From contig CAWIUX010000005.1 of the NCBI GenBank assembly GCA_963839425.1, positions 258,991 to 322,990 of the forward strand: DNA of 64,000 nucleotides, written 5' to 3'. Position 1 is the stretch's first letter. Each line of letters opens with the position of its first letter. Below the pieces are notes generated by a model. The model was not told the DNA's origin and did no database searches. It saw nothing but the letters and a program-made list of their open reading frames with translations. This document shows, one piece after another, positions 1 to 8,858 of this stretch. Position numbers and translations under genes: made by a program. The stretch comes from an uncultured Actinomycetes bacterium. Its GTDB lineage: Bacteria; Actinomycetota; Thermoleophilia; Gaiellales; Gaiellaceae.

Positions 1-1158
1 GCGGCGGTCGAGGTCTCGGAGGCCGGGAGCGCTCGCCGGCGCAAGGAGACCTTCCGCGACCTCGACGTGATCGCCACGGCGACCGACCCGGCCGGGCTGA
101 CCGAGGCCTTCACGCGCCTCCCGCTCGTCGCGGAGATCGTCGCTCACGGCGACACGAAGGCGACGGTGATCTCCCACGACGGCCTCCGCTTCGACCTTCG
201 CGTCGTTCCGCCGGAGTGCTTCGGCAACCTCCTGCAGCACTTCACCGGCTCGAAGGAGCACAACGTCGCCATGCGCGAGGAGGGCCAGCGTCGCGGGCTC
301 TCGATCTCCGAGTACGGCGTCACGACCGTCGAGACCGGCGAGGTCGTCACCGCCCGCACAGAGGAGGAGCTGTACGCCTACCTCGGCTACGCGTTCATCC
401 CGCCCGAGCTGCGCGAGAACGCCGGGGAGCTCGAGGCGGCCCGCGTGCACGCTCTGCCCGAGCTCGTCGAGCCCGGCGACCTGCGCGGCGACCTGCACAC
501 GCACAGCACGTGGTCGGACGGGAGGGCGACGATCGCGGAGATGGCCGCGGCGGCGCGCGCGCGCGGCTACGCCTACCTCGCGGTGTGCGACCACTCCCAG
601 CGCCTGCGCGACGGACGGCTGCAGGCTCAGTGGGAGGAGATCGACGCGCTGAACGAGCGGCTGAAGCCCTTCCGGCTCCTGAAGGGCGTCGAGGTCAACA
701 TCCGCGCCGACGGCTCGCTCGACCTCGCCGACGAGGAGCTCGGCGCCCTCGACTGGGTGATGGCCTCCGTCCACTCCTCCTTCGACCGCGACCCGACCGG
801 CCGCGTGCTCGCGGCGCTGGAGAGCCCGCACGTGGACTGCATCGGCCATCTGACGGGGCGCAAGATCGGCAAGCGGCTGCCGGCCGACGTGGATCTCGAG
901 CGCGTCGTCGGGAAGGCGCTGGAGACCGGGACCTTCCTCGAGCTCAACTCGCAGCCGGATCGGCTCGACCTGCGGGACGTGCACGCGCGCCTCGCCGCGG
1001 AGGCCGGGGTCCCGCTCGTCGTCTCGAGCGACGGCCACCGCCCGCACGAGCTCGCCTTCGTCGAGTACGGCATCGCTCAGGCGCGGCGAGCCTGGCTGAC
1101 GAAGGCGCAGGTCGTCAACACGCGCCCCTGGCGGGAGATAGAGAGAATGCGCAAGTGA
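1..1158 (+). CDS. polX: DNA polymerase/3'-5' exonuclease PolX, C-terminal part (5' end outside the window)
   Basis: Frame 1 is open from base 1. RDLDVIA pol-beta-type nucleotidyltransferase motif, followed by PHP-domain His/Asp motifs (GDLHTHSTWSDG, CDHS, SVHSS, GHLTGR, SSDGH). Confidence 0.85.
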   Translation, partial: AAVEVSEAGSARRRKETFRDLDVIATATDPAGLTEAFTRLPLVAEIVAHGDTKATVISHDGLRFDLRVVPPECFGNLLQHFTGSKEHNVAMREEGQRRGLSISEYGVTTVETGEVVTARTEEELYAYLGYAFIPPELRENAGELEAARVHALPELVEPGDLRGDLHTHSTWSDGRATIAEMAAAARARGYAYLAVCDHSQRLRDGRLQAQWEEIDALNERLKPFRLLKGVEVNIRADGSLDLADEELGALDWVMASVHSSFDRDPTGRVLAALESPHVDCIGHLTGRKIGKRLPADVDLERVVGKALETGTFLELNSQPDRLDLRDVHARLAAEAGVPLVVSSDGHRPHELAFVEYGIAQARRAWLTKAQVVNTRPWREIERMRK

Positions 1159-2453
1159 CCTTCCGCGAGGACGGCGCCGAGGCGCTCGAGTGGGCCGCCC
1201 GCTACCTCGAGCGGGTCGGCGAGCTGCCCGTGCTCTCCCAGGTGCGACCGGGTGATATCAGGGCCGGGCTGCCCGCGTCGCCTCCGGAGACGGGAGAGCC
1301 GTTCTCGGCTGTTCTGCGCGATCTCGACGAGGTCCTGCTGCCGGGGATCACGCACTGGAACCACCCGCGCTTCTTCGGCTACTTCGCGATCACCGGCTCG
1401 GAGCCGGGGATCCTCGCCGAGCTCCTGATCGCGACGCTCAACGTCAACGCGATGGTGTGGTCCGCCTCGCCCGCGGCGACCGAGCTCGAGCAGCACGTGC
1501 TCGACTGGCTCGCGCAGCTGCTCGGCCTCCCGTCGGACTGGCACGGACACATCGAGGACACCGCCTCGACCGCGACGGTGGCCGCCCTCGCCGCGGCGCG
1601 CGGCCTGCGCCCGGGCGGCGTCGTCTACGCCTCCGAGCAGGCCAACTTCTCCATCGAGAAGGCGGCGCGTCTCGTGGGGCTCGAGTACAGGAAGGTGCCG
1701 GTGGACGCGGAGTTCCGGATGCGCACCGACGGTCTCGACCTCACCGGCGCGACCGCCGTCGTCGCCACGGTCGGCACGACCTCGACGACGTCCGTGGACC
1801 CCGTGCCGGCGCTCGCGGACATGTGCGCGGAGGCAGGCGCCTGGCTGCACGTGGACGCCGCCTACGCGGGAGCCGCCGCCGTCTGCCCGGAGCTCCGCTG
1901 GGCGCTCGAAGGTTGCGATCGCGCCGACTCGGTCGTCGTCAACCCGCACAAGTGGCTGTTCACCCCGATCGACTGCTCCGTGCTCTACACCCGCCGGGCG
2001 GAGGCGCTGCACGCCGCCTTTGCGCTCGTTCCCGAATACATGCCGGAGTCCGAATCGGCGCTCGATCTCAAGGACTACGGCCCCGCCCTCGGCCGCCGAT
2101 TCCGGGCGCTCAAGCTCTGGGCCGTGATCCGTTGCCACGGGCGCGAGGGGCTGCAGGCGGTGATTCGCGAGCACGTGCGGCTCGCCGAGCTGTTCGAGGG
2201 CTGGGTGCGCGCCGAGCCGGGCTGGGAGCTCTGTGCCCCGCGGCCGTTCTCCGTCGTCTGCTTCAGGTGCGAGGGCTCGGACGAGGAGAACGAGGCGCTG
2301 CTTCAGCGCGTCAACGCGTCCGGCGAGGCCTTCCTCAGCCCCACGAAGCTGAACGGTCGCTACGTCATCCGGCTCGCGATCGGCAACGTGCGGACGACCG
2401 AGGACGACGTGCGCCGGGCCTGGGACGTCCTCCGTCGCGAGGCGGCGGCGTGA
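1155..2453 (+). CDS. PLP-dependent group II decarboxylase (aromatic-L-amino-acid decarboxylase-like)
   Basis: NPHKWLFTPIDCS PLP-lysine motif. The GTG start overlaps the polX stop (GTGA). The upstream part of ORF 216..2453 is an out-of-frame shadow of polX. Confidence 0.8.
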   Translation: MTFREDGAEALEWAARYLERVGELPVLSQVRPGDIRAGLPASPPETGEPFSAVLRDLDEVLLPGITHWNHPRFFGYFAITGSEPGILAELLIATLNVNAMVWSASPAATELEQHVLDWLAQLLGLPSDWHGHIEDTASTATVAALAAARGLRPGGVVYASEQANFSIEKAARLVGLEYRKVPVDAEFRMRTDGLDLTGATAVVATVGTTSTTSVDPVPALADMCAEAGAWLHVDAAYAGAAAVCPELRWALEGCDRADSVVVNPHKWLFTPIDCSVLYTRRAEALHAAFALVPEYMPESESALDLKDYGPALGRRFRALKLWAVIRCHGREGLQAVIREHVRLAELFEGWVRAEPGWELCAPRPFSVVCFRCEGSDEENEALLQRVNASGEAFLSPTKLNGRYVIRLAIGNVRTTEDDVRRAWDVLRREAAA

Positions 2454-3193
2454 TCGGCCTGCTCGACGAAATCGCCTCGAACGCATGGCCGGCGCCGGTC
2501 GTCCAGGTCGTGGACGGCTGGCAGCTCCGCTACGGCTGGGGTGTGACGAGCCGTGCGAACTCCGTTCTACCGAGCGGGGCCGGCGAGCTGCCGCTCGAGG
2601 AGCGGCTCGCGCTCGCCGAGGGGTTCTACGCACGGCGCGGCGCGCTCGCGCGGTTTCAGCTCTCGCCCGCGTGCAGGCCGGCCGACCTCGACGCTGTCCT
2701 CGCCGCCCGCGGCTATGTCGTCGCCACGCCGACGCTCGTGCACGTCGCCGCACTTGAGCCCCCGCCCGGTTCGCCTGCCGCTTTCGTTCGCCTGGCGGAG
2801 GCTCCCGACCCGACCTGGCTCGACGTCTGGGGCCGGGGAGAGGGCCGTGCGCTCACGCTCGACGTCGTCGAGCCGATCCTGGCGCGTATCGGCCCGGAGG
2901 CGGCCTACGCACTCGCTGAGCTCGACGGCCGTCCGGCGGCGGCCGGTCGCGGCGTGCTCGAGCGGGGCTGGCTCGGTATCTTCGGTATGGCGACGCTGCC
3001 CGACGCGCGCCGCAGGGGGCTCGCCCGCGCGCTCCTCGCCGCGCTCGCCGCCTGGGGCGTTGTGCGAGGCGCCACACGCGCCTACCTCATGGTCGAGGAG
3101 GGCAACGCGCCGGCGCGCTCTCTCTACGAGCAGGCAGGCTTCGAGCCGCTCTACGGCTACCACTACCGCGTCCAGGAGAAGACCCCGTGCTGA
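2450..3193 (+). CDS. GNAT family N-acetyltransferase
   Basis: C-terminal acetyl-CoA motif region GMATLPDARRRGLARALLAAL...YLMVEEGNAPARSLYEQAGFE. The GTG start overlaps the preceding stop. Confidence 0.75.
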   Translation: MIGLLDEIASNAWPAPVVQVVDGWQLRYGWGVTSRANSVLPSGAGELPLEERLALAEGFYARRGALARFQLSPACRPADLDAVLAARGYVVATPTLVHVAALEPPPGSPAAFVRLAEAPDPTWLDVWGRGEGRALTLDVVEPILARIGPEAAYALAELDGRPAAAGRGVLERGWLGIFGMATLPDARRRGLARALLAALAAWGVVRGATRAYLMVEEGNAPARSLYEQAGFEPLYGYHYRVQEKTPC

Positions 3194-3507
3194 TCGCCAC
3201 CACCAACGACCTCCCCGGCCACGTGATTGAGGAGGTGTTCGGCGAGGTCTTCGGTCTCACCGTCCGCTCGCGCAACATCGGCTCGCAGATCGGGGCAGGT
3301 CTCAAGTCGATCCTCGGTGGCGAGCTCGCCGGGATGACGAAGTCCCTCCAGGAGAGTCGCGAGCAGGTGATCGAGCGGATGGTCAAGGAGGCCGAGGCGA
3401 AGGGCGCCAACGCGATCGTCGCCATGCGCTTCGACACGTCCGAGATGGGCACCACCTGGACCGAGATCTGCGCCTACGGGACGGCGGTGCGGGCCCGGCG
3501 CGCGTAG
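3187..3507 (+). CDS. YbjQ/UPF0145 family protein (heavy-metal-binding-domain-like)
   Basis: 106 aa. The full-length pattern GEVFGLTVRSRNIGSQIGAGLKSILGGEL...ANAIVAMRFD is typical of YbjQ. Confidence 0.85.
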   Translation: MLIATTNDLPGHVIEEVFGEVFGLTVRSRNIGSQIGAGLKSILGGELAGMTKSLQESREQVIERMVKEAEAKGANAIVAMRFDTSEMGTTWTEICAYGTAVRARRA

Positions 3508-3762
3508 GGCTACTTGCCGTAGGGCAGCAGCTTGCCGCCGGCGACGAGCACGACGGTGCGGCTGGTGCGCAGGTCCACGGCGCCGTCGAGCGAAAGGGGG
3601 CCGTATGCATGCAGGTCGCCCTTGCTGAAGCAGTAGCCGGTCAGGAGAATCCTGTCCAGGACCGGCCCGAGCTCAGCGACGACCGGGCGGGATTGTCGGC
3701 GGCAGTCGCGACGTTGACGGCTGTATCGTCGCAGGCCTTACCGCGTGAAAGGAACCGTGTAG

Positions 3763-5205
3763 ATGGTCGTCGCTTCCAGGCTGAAGTGGGCCGGGCTCGC
3801 TCTCCTGAGCGTCGTCCAGTTCATGGTCGTGCTCGACGTCGCGATCGTGAACGTGGCCCTGCCGTCGATCCAGGTGGATCTCGGCTTCTCGCAGGAGAAC
3901 CTGCAGTGGATCATCAGCGCCTACGCGCTCGTCTTCGGCGGCTTCCTGCTGCTCGGCGGGCGCACGGCCGACCTGCTCGGCCGCCGGCGCGTCTTCCTCG
4001 TCGGCCTCGTCGTCTTCTCCGCCGCCTCGCTGCTCGCGGGCCTCGCCTGGTCCGAGGGCTCGCTGATCGGCGCCCGCGCCCTGCAGGGGCTCGGCGCGGC
4101 GATCATCTCGCCGGCGGCGCTCTCGATCCTGATGACGACGTTCACCGAGGGGCGTGAGCGAAACATCGCGCTCGGCGTGTGGGGCGCGGTCGGCGGCTTC
4201 GGCGCCGCCGCAGGCGTCCTGTTCGGCGGGATCCTCACCGACGGTCTCTCGTGGCCGTGGATCTTCTACGTCAACGTGCCCGTGGGTCTGGCCGCGGCGA
4301 TCATCACGCCGGTCCTGCTCCGCGAGAGCCGCGACGCCCGCGCGAAGCGCTTCGACGCGCTCGGCGCGGTGCTCGTCACCGCCGGTCTCTCCCTGCTCGT
4401 GTTCGGCACAACGCAGGCGAACGGCTACGGCTGGGGCTCGGGCAAGACGATCGGCATCTTCGCCGCCGCCGCCGCGCTGCTCGCGACCTTCGCCGTGTGG
4501 GAGACGCGGGTGAGCGACCCGCTGATGCGGTTCTCGATCTTCCGCCTGCGCACGCTCACGGGCGCCAACGTGGCCGGGTTCATCCTCGGCACGGCGCTCT
4601 TCGCGATGTTCCTGATGCTGACGCTGTACATGCAGCAGGTGCTCGGCTTCTCGCCGCTCAAGACGGGCCTCGGCTACCTCGCCGTCGCCGGAACGTCGAT
4701 CGTGTGGGCGAACGTCGCCGCGCAGCTCGTCACGCGCGTCGGCGTGAAGCCTGTGCTGACGGCCGGCATGGTCTTCCTCACCGCCGGCCTCGTCTACTTC
4801 GCGCACGTGTCGCCCGACGGCTCCTACGTCGGCGACCTGCTGCCGGGCTTCCTGCTGATCGGGATCGGGATGGGCTTCTCGTTCGTTCCGATCTCGATCG
4901 CCGCTCTCGCGGGCGTGCGGCCGTCGGAAGCAGGTCTCGCCTCCGGCCTCCTCAACACGTCGCAGCAGATCGGCGGAGCTCTCGGGGTCGCCGTGCTCTC
5001 GGCGCTCGCGACGGGGCGCACCGAGGACGCCGTCGCCGCCGGGACGGCGCTGCCGTACGCGCTCACCGACGGCTTCCAGCTGGCCTTCTGGGGCGGCGCG
5101 GGCGCCGCCGTCCTCGGGGTGGTCGCCTCGCTCGTCCTCATCCGCGGCTCCGACTTCGGCCCGGCCCCCGCGCCGGTGGCCGCCCCGGCCCTCGAGGCCG
5201 CCTAG
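3763..5205 (+). CDS. MFS transporter, DHA2 (EmrB/QacA-like, about 14 TMS) drug:H+ antiporter family
   Basis: 480 aa, multi-TM. Motifs LDVAIVNVALPSIQ and GGRTADLLGRRRVFL are typical of DHA2 MFS. Confidence 0.85.
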   Translation: MVVASRLKWAGLALLSVVQFMVVLDVAIVNVALPSIQVDLGFSQENLQWIISAYALVFGGFLLLGGRTADLLGRRRVFLVGLVVFSAASLLAGLAWSEGSLIGARALQGLGAAIISPAALSILMTTFTEGRERNIALGVWGAVGGFGAAAGVLFGGILTDGLSWPWIFYVNVPVGLAAAIITPVLLRESRDARAKRFDALGAVLVTAGLSLLVFGTTQANGYGWGSGKTIGIFAAAAALLATFAVWETRVSDPLMRFSIFRLRTLTGANVAGFILGTALFAMFLMLTLYMQQVLGFSPLKTGLGYLAVAGTSIVWANVAAQLVTRVGVKPVLTAGMVFLTAGLVYFAHVSPDGSYVGDLLPGFLLIGIGMGFSFVPISIAALAGVRPSEAGLASGLLNTSQQIGGALGVAVLSALATGRTEDAVAAGTALPYALTDGFQLAFWGGAGAAVLGVVASLVLIRGSDFGPAPAPVAAPALEAA

Positions 5206-5248
5206 CCGGTGCATCGGGCGAGCCGGAGCCCCGCCTACGATACGGCGG

Positions 5249-5596
5249 GTGCTCCGGCTCGTCCTCATCGGTCTCGCCGCGGGGCTCTTCTCCGCGCTCT
5301 TCGGAGTCGGCGGCGGGATCCTGCTCGTGCCGCTCCTGATCCTCGCCGCGGGCTTCCTCGAGCGGTCGGCGGCCGCGACCTCGCTCGCCGCGGTCGGGAT
5401 CACGGCGCTCGCCGGCACGATCACCTACGCCTTCCACGGGCACGTGGACGTCGGGTACGCCGCGCTCCTCGGCTTGCCCGCCGCCGCCGGAGCGATCGTG
5501 GGCTCGGCGCTCCAGCAGCGGATCCACGCGCGCGTCCTCTCCTTCGGCTTCTCGGCGCTCCTCGTGGGCGTCGCGGTCTGGCTGCTCGCCGGGTGA
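5249..5596 (+). CDS. TauE/SafE (TSUP) family half-size membrane protein, unit 1
   Basis: 115 aa, about 4 TMS, FGVGGGILLVPLL motif. GTG start. Confidence 0.7.
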   Translation: MLRLVLIGLAAGLFSALFGVGGGILLVPLLILAAGFLERSAAATSLAAVGITALAGTITYAFHGHVDVGYAALLGLPAAAGAIVGSALQQRIHARVLSFGFSALLVGVAVWLLAG

Positions 5597-5982
5597 GCGT
5601 GGCCACGATCAGCGTGGCGATCGCTCTGGGCTTCGCCGCCGGGATGCTCGCCGGCCTCTTCGGCGTCGGCGGCGGGATCCTCTTCGTGCCGACGCTGCTC
5701 GGGCTCGGGCTCGGCCAGCTCGACGCGGAGGCGACCTCCCTGCTTGCGATCCTGCCGACGGTGGCCGCCGGCGTGTGGCGCCAGTCCGGCTACGGGCACG
5801 TGCGCTGGCGACCGGCGCTGTGGCTCGGTCTCTCCTCGATCGCGGGGGTCCAGCTCGGAGTCGTGGTCGCGACGTCGCTGTCCGAGGACATGCTGCGACG
5901 CCTGTTCGGCGTGCTCGTCCTCGCCGCCGCCGCGCAGCTCGCGCTCCGGGGGTTCCGTCCTAGCGTCCCGCCGCCAGGCTGA
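5593..5982 (+). CDS. TauE/SafE (TSUP) family half-size membrane protein, unit 2
   Basis: 129 aa, about 4 TMS, FGVGGGILFVPTL motif. The GTG start overlaps the unit 1 stop (GTGA). Confidence 0.7.
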   Translation: MSVATISVAIALGFAAGMLAGLFGVGGGILFVPTLLGLGLGQLDAEATSLLAILPTVAAGVWRQSGYGHVRWRPALWLGLSSIAGVQLGVVVATSLSEDMLRRLFGVLVLAAAAQLALRGFRPSVPPPG

Positions 5983-6676
5983 TCAGGAGCACGGCTCCGA
6001 AGCCCGCGAGCGTCAGGCCGACCCGCTTCGCCGAGGGGTGCTCGTGCGCGTGCGGCAGGAGATCGGTCGCGCCCATGAAAAGGAAGAAGCCGGCGTACAC
6101 GGCGAGCACCCCGCCGAGCGTGTGCTCGGAGACCGACAGCGACGTGCCGACGATCGCGCCGACCAGGGGGGCGATGGCGTCGATCGAGAGCCAGCGCAGC
6201 GCGGCCCTGCGGTCACCCGACTGGCGGAGGATGAAGCTGACCGTATTCAGACCGTCGGCGAAGTCGTGCGAGACGACCGCGAAGAAGACGAGCAGCCCGG
6301 TCTCGGTCGAAATGTCGAAGGCGAGCCCGATGCCGAGGCCGTCGATGAAGCTGTGCAGCGAGAGGCCGGCCGCGCCGAGCGCGCCGACCCGCGCGTGCGC
6401 GTGCACGTGCACCGCGTCGTCGCGATGGTGGAGGACGAGCAGCCGCTCGGCGAGGAAGAAGAAGACGAAGCCGGCGCCGACGAGCAGGCCGACGTCGCGC
6501 GGGTCGCCGAGGGCCTCGATCGCCTCCGGCAGCACCTCGAAGAGCGCGACCGCGACGACGACTCCGCCCGTGAGGGCGATCGCGGTCGCGAGCTCGCGCG
6601 CGATGCGCATCGCGACGAAGCCGCCGGCGAGGGTGGACAGGACCGTGAGCCCCGCGAGTGGAATGGCCCAGCTCAC
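5960..6676 (-). CDS. ZIP family metal (Zn/Fe) transporter
   Basis: 238 aa. HSFIDGLGIG and HDFADGL motifs plus a His-rich loop (HHRDDAVHVHAH). Confidence 0.85.
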   Translation of the reverse strand: MSWAIPLAGLTVLSTLAGGFVAMRIARELATAIALTGGVVVAVALFEVLPEAIEALGDPRDVGLLVGAGFVFFFLAERLLVLHHRDDAVHVHAHARVGALGAAGLSLHSFIDGLGIGLAFDISTETGLLVFFAVVSHDFADGLNTVSFILRQSGDRRAALRWLSIDAIAPLVGAIVGTSLSVSEHTLGGVLAVYAGFFLFMGATDLLPHAHEHPSAKRVGLTLAGFGAVLLISLAAGR

Positions 6677-6746
6677 GGGCTAACCCTAGACGAGCGCCCC
6701 GGCGTTGCCGGGACCGTCGGGCTGTACCCCGATACTCCAGGTGACG

Positions 6747-7454
6747 ATGACCGACAGATTCGCCCGCGCGCGACTGCTCGCCCTCGCAGCGGCCGCAGCG
6801 GCCGCGGCGGCAATCGCCGTTCAGGGGCCCGCGCTCGCCCCCGCTCATCTCGCCGTGCCCGCTCTGCCCGCCGCCCGCGACCTGCCCGGAGAGCGGCCGA
6901 CGCGGCCGGATGGCCCCGTGCGGCGGCTCCCACGCGGTTCGAGCGCCGCGCTCACACCCGGTGGCCGCTCGTTCCCCGTCGCCGGCGGGGCGTCCTTCGG
7001 GGGCACGTTCGGAGCGGACCGTGCAGGCGTCGGCTGGCACCACGGCGAGGACCTCTTCGCTCCGCGGGGGGCAGCGGTGCTCGCCGTGGCCGACGGCGCC
7101 GTCTTCTCAGCGGGCTGGAACGATCGCGGCGGCTATCGCGTCTGGCTTCGAGACGGCGACGGCACGGAGTACTACTACGCCCACCTGTCGGCGTTCTCCC
7201 CGCTTGCGGTGAACAGCGGCTTCGTGCACGCCGGCGACGTGCTCGGCTTCGTCGGCAGGAGCGGCGACGCGGAGGGAACCCCACCGCACCTCCACTTCGA
7301 GATCCACCCAGCCGGCCTGCGTGCCCTCGGCTACGACGGCGTCGTGAATCCCGAGCCGTTCCTCTCCGCCTGGAAGCGGCGCGCCGACGTCCCGCTCCTC
7401 CTGGCAGCGCCGGCGCGCTCGCTTGCGTCCAAGCGTCCCGGGTTAGATGAGTGA
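6747..7454 (+). CDS. M23 family metallopeptidase (peptidoglycan endopeptidase), secreted
   Basis: Ala-rich signal peptide from ATG 6747. GWHHGEDL...YYYAHL...PHLHFEIHP M23 motifs. Confidence 0.85.
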   Translation: MTDRFARARLLALAAAAAAAAAIAVQGPALAPAHLAVPALPAARDLPGERPTRPDGPVRRLPRGSSAALTPGGRSFPVAGGASFGGTFGADRAGVGWHHGEDLFAPRGAAVLAVADGAVFSAGWNDRGGYRVWLRDGDGTEYYYAHLSAFSPLAVNSGFVHAGDVLGFVGRSGDAEGTPPHLHFEIHPAGLRALGYDGVVNPEPFLSAWKRRADVPLLLAAPARSLASKRPGLDE

Positions 7455-7608
7455 TTCCCGATCACCGCACCCCCAGTGGGGGCCTGGGCACGGCGCATCG
7501 CGGCCGCCTCGCCCGGCACCAAGGCCACCAGCCTTGGCACCGGTCGAGTCGACCACGCTGCTTGGCCCATGCCCTCCCTGAGGGCCCGCCGATCAGGAAT
7601 CAATCATC
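7446..7608. repeat. 163-bp element with 18-bp imperfect terminal inverted repeats and internal hairpins (MITE-like element or bidirectional terminator)
   Basis: Left arm GATGAGTGATTCCCGATC (7446-7463) against right arm GATCAGGAATCAATCATC (7591-7608): 16/18 complementary. Internal CCCCCAGTGGGGG and GTCGAGTCGAC hairpins. Confidence 0.5.
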
Positions 7609-8021
7609 TAGGCCTCGCCGGCGGTCGCCGGCTGCTCGTCCTCGCCGCCCGCGACGAGATCGAGCAGCCACTTGCGCGTGCCCGGCCCCGTCAGCGGGTT
7701 GAAGAGCACGCCCGCCGCGATCCCGGCGAGCAGCAGCATGCGGTTGCGGGCGGCATGCGACTCCCTGCCCTGCAGCCGGTCGGCCGCGTGGCGCAGCTCG
7801 TCGATCGCCTTCCGCAGGTTCTCCTGGACCTCCTTGTCGGAGACGACCTTCGAGGCCACCTTGCCGACCCCGTTGCCGGCGGTGAGGTCGCCGTAGATCT
7901 CGCGCGCGGCGGCGTACGCCTCGCGCAGGCTGTCGCGCAGCTCCTCGTCGTGGAGCGCACGGTCGACGTACGGCCTCACGGTGTCCACGCCGTCGAAGAG
8001 CTTGTCCTTTCCCTTGGCCAT
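7608..8021 (-). CDS. Hypothetical protein (YtxH-like helical region plus a C-terminal TM segment)
   Basis: ATG 8021 is preceded by AAAGGA. Sequence MAKGKDKLF...LLLAGIAAGVLF. No enzymatic motif recognised. Confidence 0.6.
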   Translation of the reverse strand: MAKGKDKLFDGVDTVRPYVDRALHDEELRDSLREAYAAAREIYGDLTAGNGVGKVASKVVSDKEVQENLRKAIDELRHAADRLQGRESHAARNRMLLLAGIAAGVLFNPLTGPGTRKWLLDLVAGGEDEQPATAGEA

Positions 8022-8210
8022 AAGGCCCGTCCTTTCGCTCGCTTTCCATCCTGAGTTGTACCGCGCATAGAGTGTTCGTGTGCGGATCGTCAAGCGCGCG
8101 CTCAAGATCCTCGCCGCGGCGCTCGCGCTCGGCGTCTACGTTTGGGTTGCCGCGGTGCGCAGCGTGCCGGCCGTGAAACGGCGGAAAGCCGCGCGCCGGG
8201 GCGGGTAGGC

Positions 8211-8858
8211 GTGCTCGCTCCTTCCGTGATCCGCGGCGGGCGCACCGTCCGCGCGGCGAGCCTCGTCTTCGGCCTCTTCCTCTTCGCGCTCGGGATCGTG
8301 CTGCTGCTCGAGTCGGAGCTCGGGCTCGCGCCCTGGGACGTGCTCAACCAGGGGCTCGCCGAGCGGACGCCGCTCACCTTCGGTACCGCCAACATCGCAA
8401 TCGGCCTGACGGTGCTCGTGCTCGCCTGGCGCCTCGGGGCGCGGATCGGCGCCGGCACCGTCGCGAACGCCGTCCTGATCGGTCTCTTCATCGAGGGGCT
8501 CGTGCACGTCGAGGCCCTGGCCGACCTCACCGGGTCGTCGCTCGCGACGCGGGTCGCTCTCATGCTCGGAGGGATCCTCGTGATCGGGCTCGGCTCGGGC
8601 TTCTACATCGGTGCTGCGATGGAAGCAGGTCCCCGCGACTCGCTCATGCTCGTGCTGTCACACCGGACGGGCGTCCGGATCGGCGCGGCCCGCACCGTGC
8701 TCGAGATCGGCGCGACCGCCGCCGGCTGGGCGCTCGGCGGAACCGTGGGCGTCGGCACCCTCGCCTTCGCCCTCCTCGTCGGTCCCTCGGTCGAGCTCGC
8801 CTTCTTCGGGCTCCTGCGCTCGCGGCTCACGGCGGCGGAAGTACCATCCCCCGCATGA
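8211..8858 (+). CDS. YczE-like integral membrane protein
   Basis: N-terminal pattern LFLFALGIVLLLESELGLAPWDVLNQGL is typical of the YczE/YitT-like family. The start (GTG 8211 or ATG 8142) is uncertain. Confidence 0.6.
   Translation: MLAPSVIRGGRTVRAASLVFGLFLFALGIVLLLESELGLAPWDVLNQGLAERTPLTFGTANIAIGLTVLVLAWRLGARIGAGTVANAVLIGLFIEGLVHVEALADLTGSSLATRVALMLGGILVIGLGSGFYIGAAMEAGPRDSLMLVLSHRTGVRIGAARTVLEIGATAAGWALGGTVGVGTLAFALLVGPSVELAFFGLLRSRLTAAEVPSPA

Noticed and set aside
216-1154. N-terminal 313 codons of ORF 216..2453 (745 aa).
   Set aside because: This stretch is out of frame with, and entirely inside, the well-supported polX gene. Decarboxylase homology begins only at GTG 1155.
1077-2753. 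Long antisense or alternate-frame ORFs, for example 1077..2753(-) at 558 aa, 3673..5424(-), 8603..9580(-), 30681..32165(-) and 50900..53281(-) at 793 aa.
   Set aside because: They are Arg/Pro/Gly/Ala-rich and low in complexity, with no recognisable motifs. They lie opposite or out of frame to genes with clear family motifs. These are typical shadow ORFs of very GC-rich DNA.
3510-3737. A 75-codon open frame on the minus strand between ybjQ and the MFS gene, with a protein-like C-terminus (...GYCFSKGDLHAYGPLSLDGAVDLRTSRTVVLVAGGKLLPYGK*).
   Set aside because: There is no ATG, GTG or TTG start upstream of the conserved-looking part, and I recognise no family. It may be a gene remnant, but I cannot support a feature call.
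6775-6835. Repetitive GCN-rich stretch (gcagcggccgcagcggccgcggcggca), considered as a tandem repeat or CRISPR-like array.
   Set aside because: It encodes the poly-Ala core of the M23 peptidase signal peptide. There is no repeat-spacer periodicity. I saw no CRISPR array anywhere in the window.
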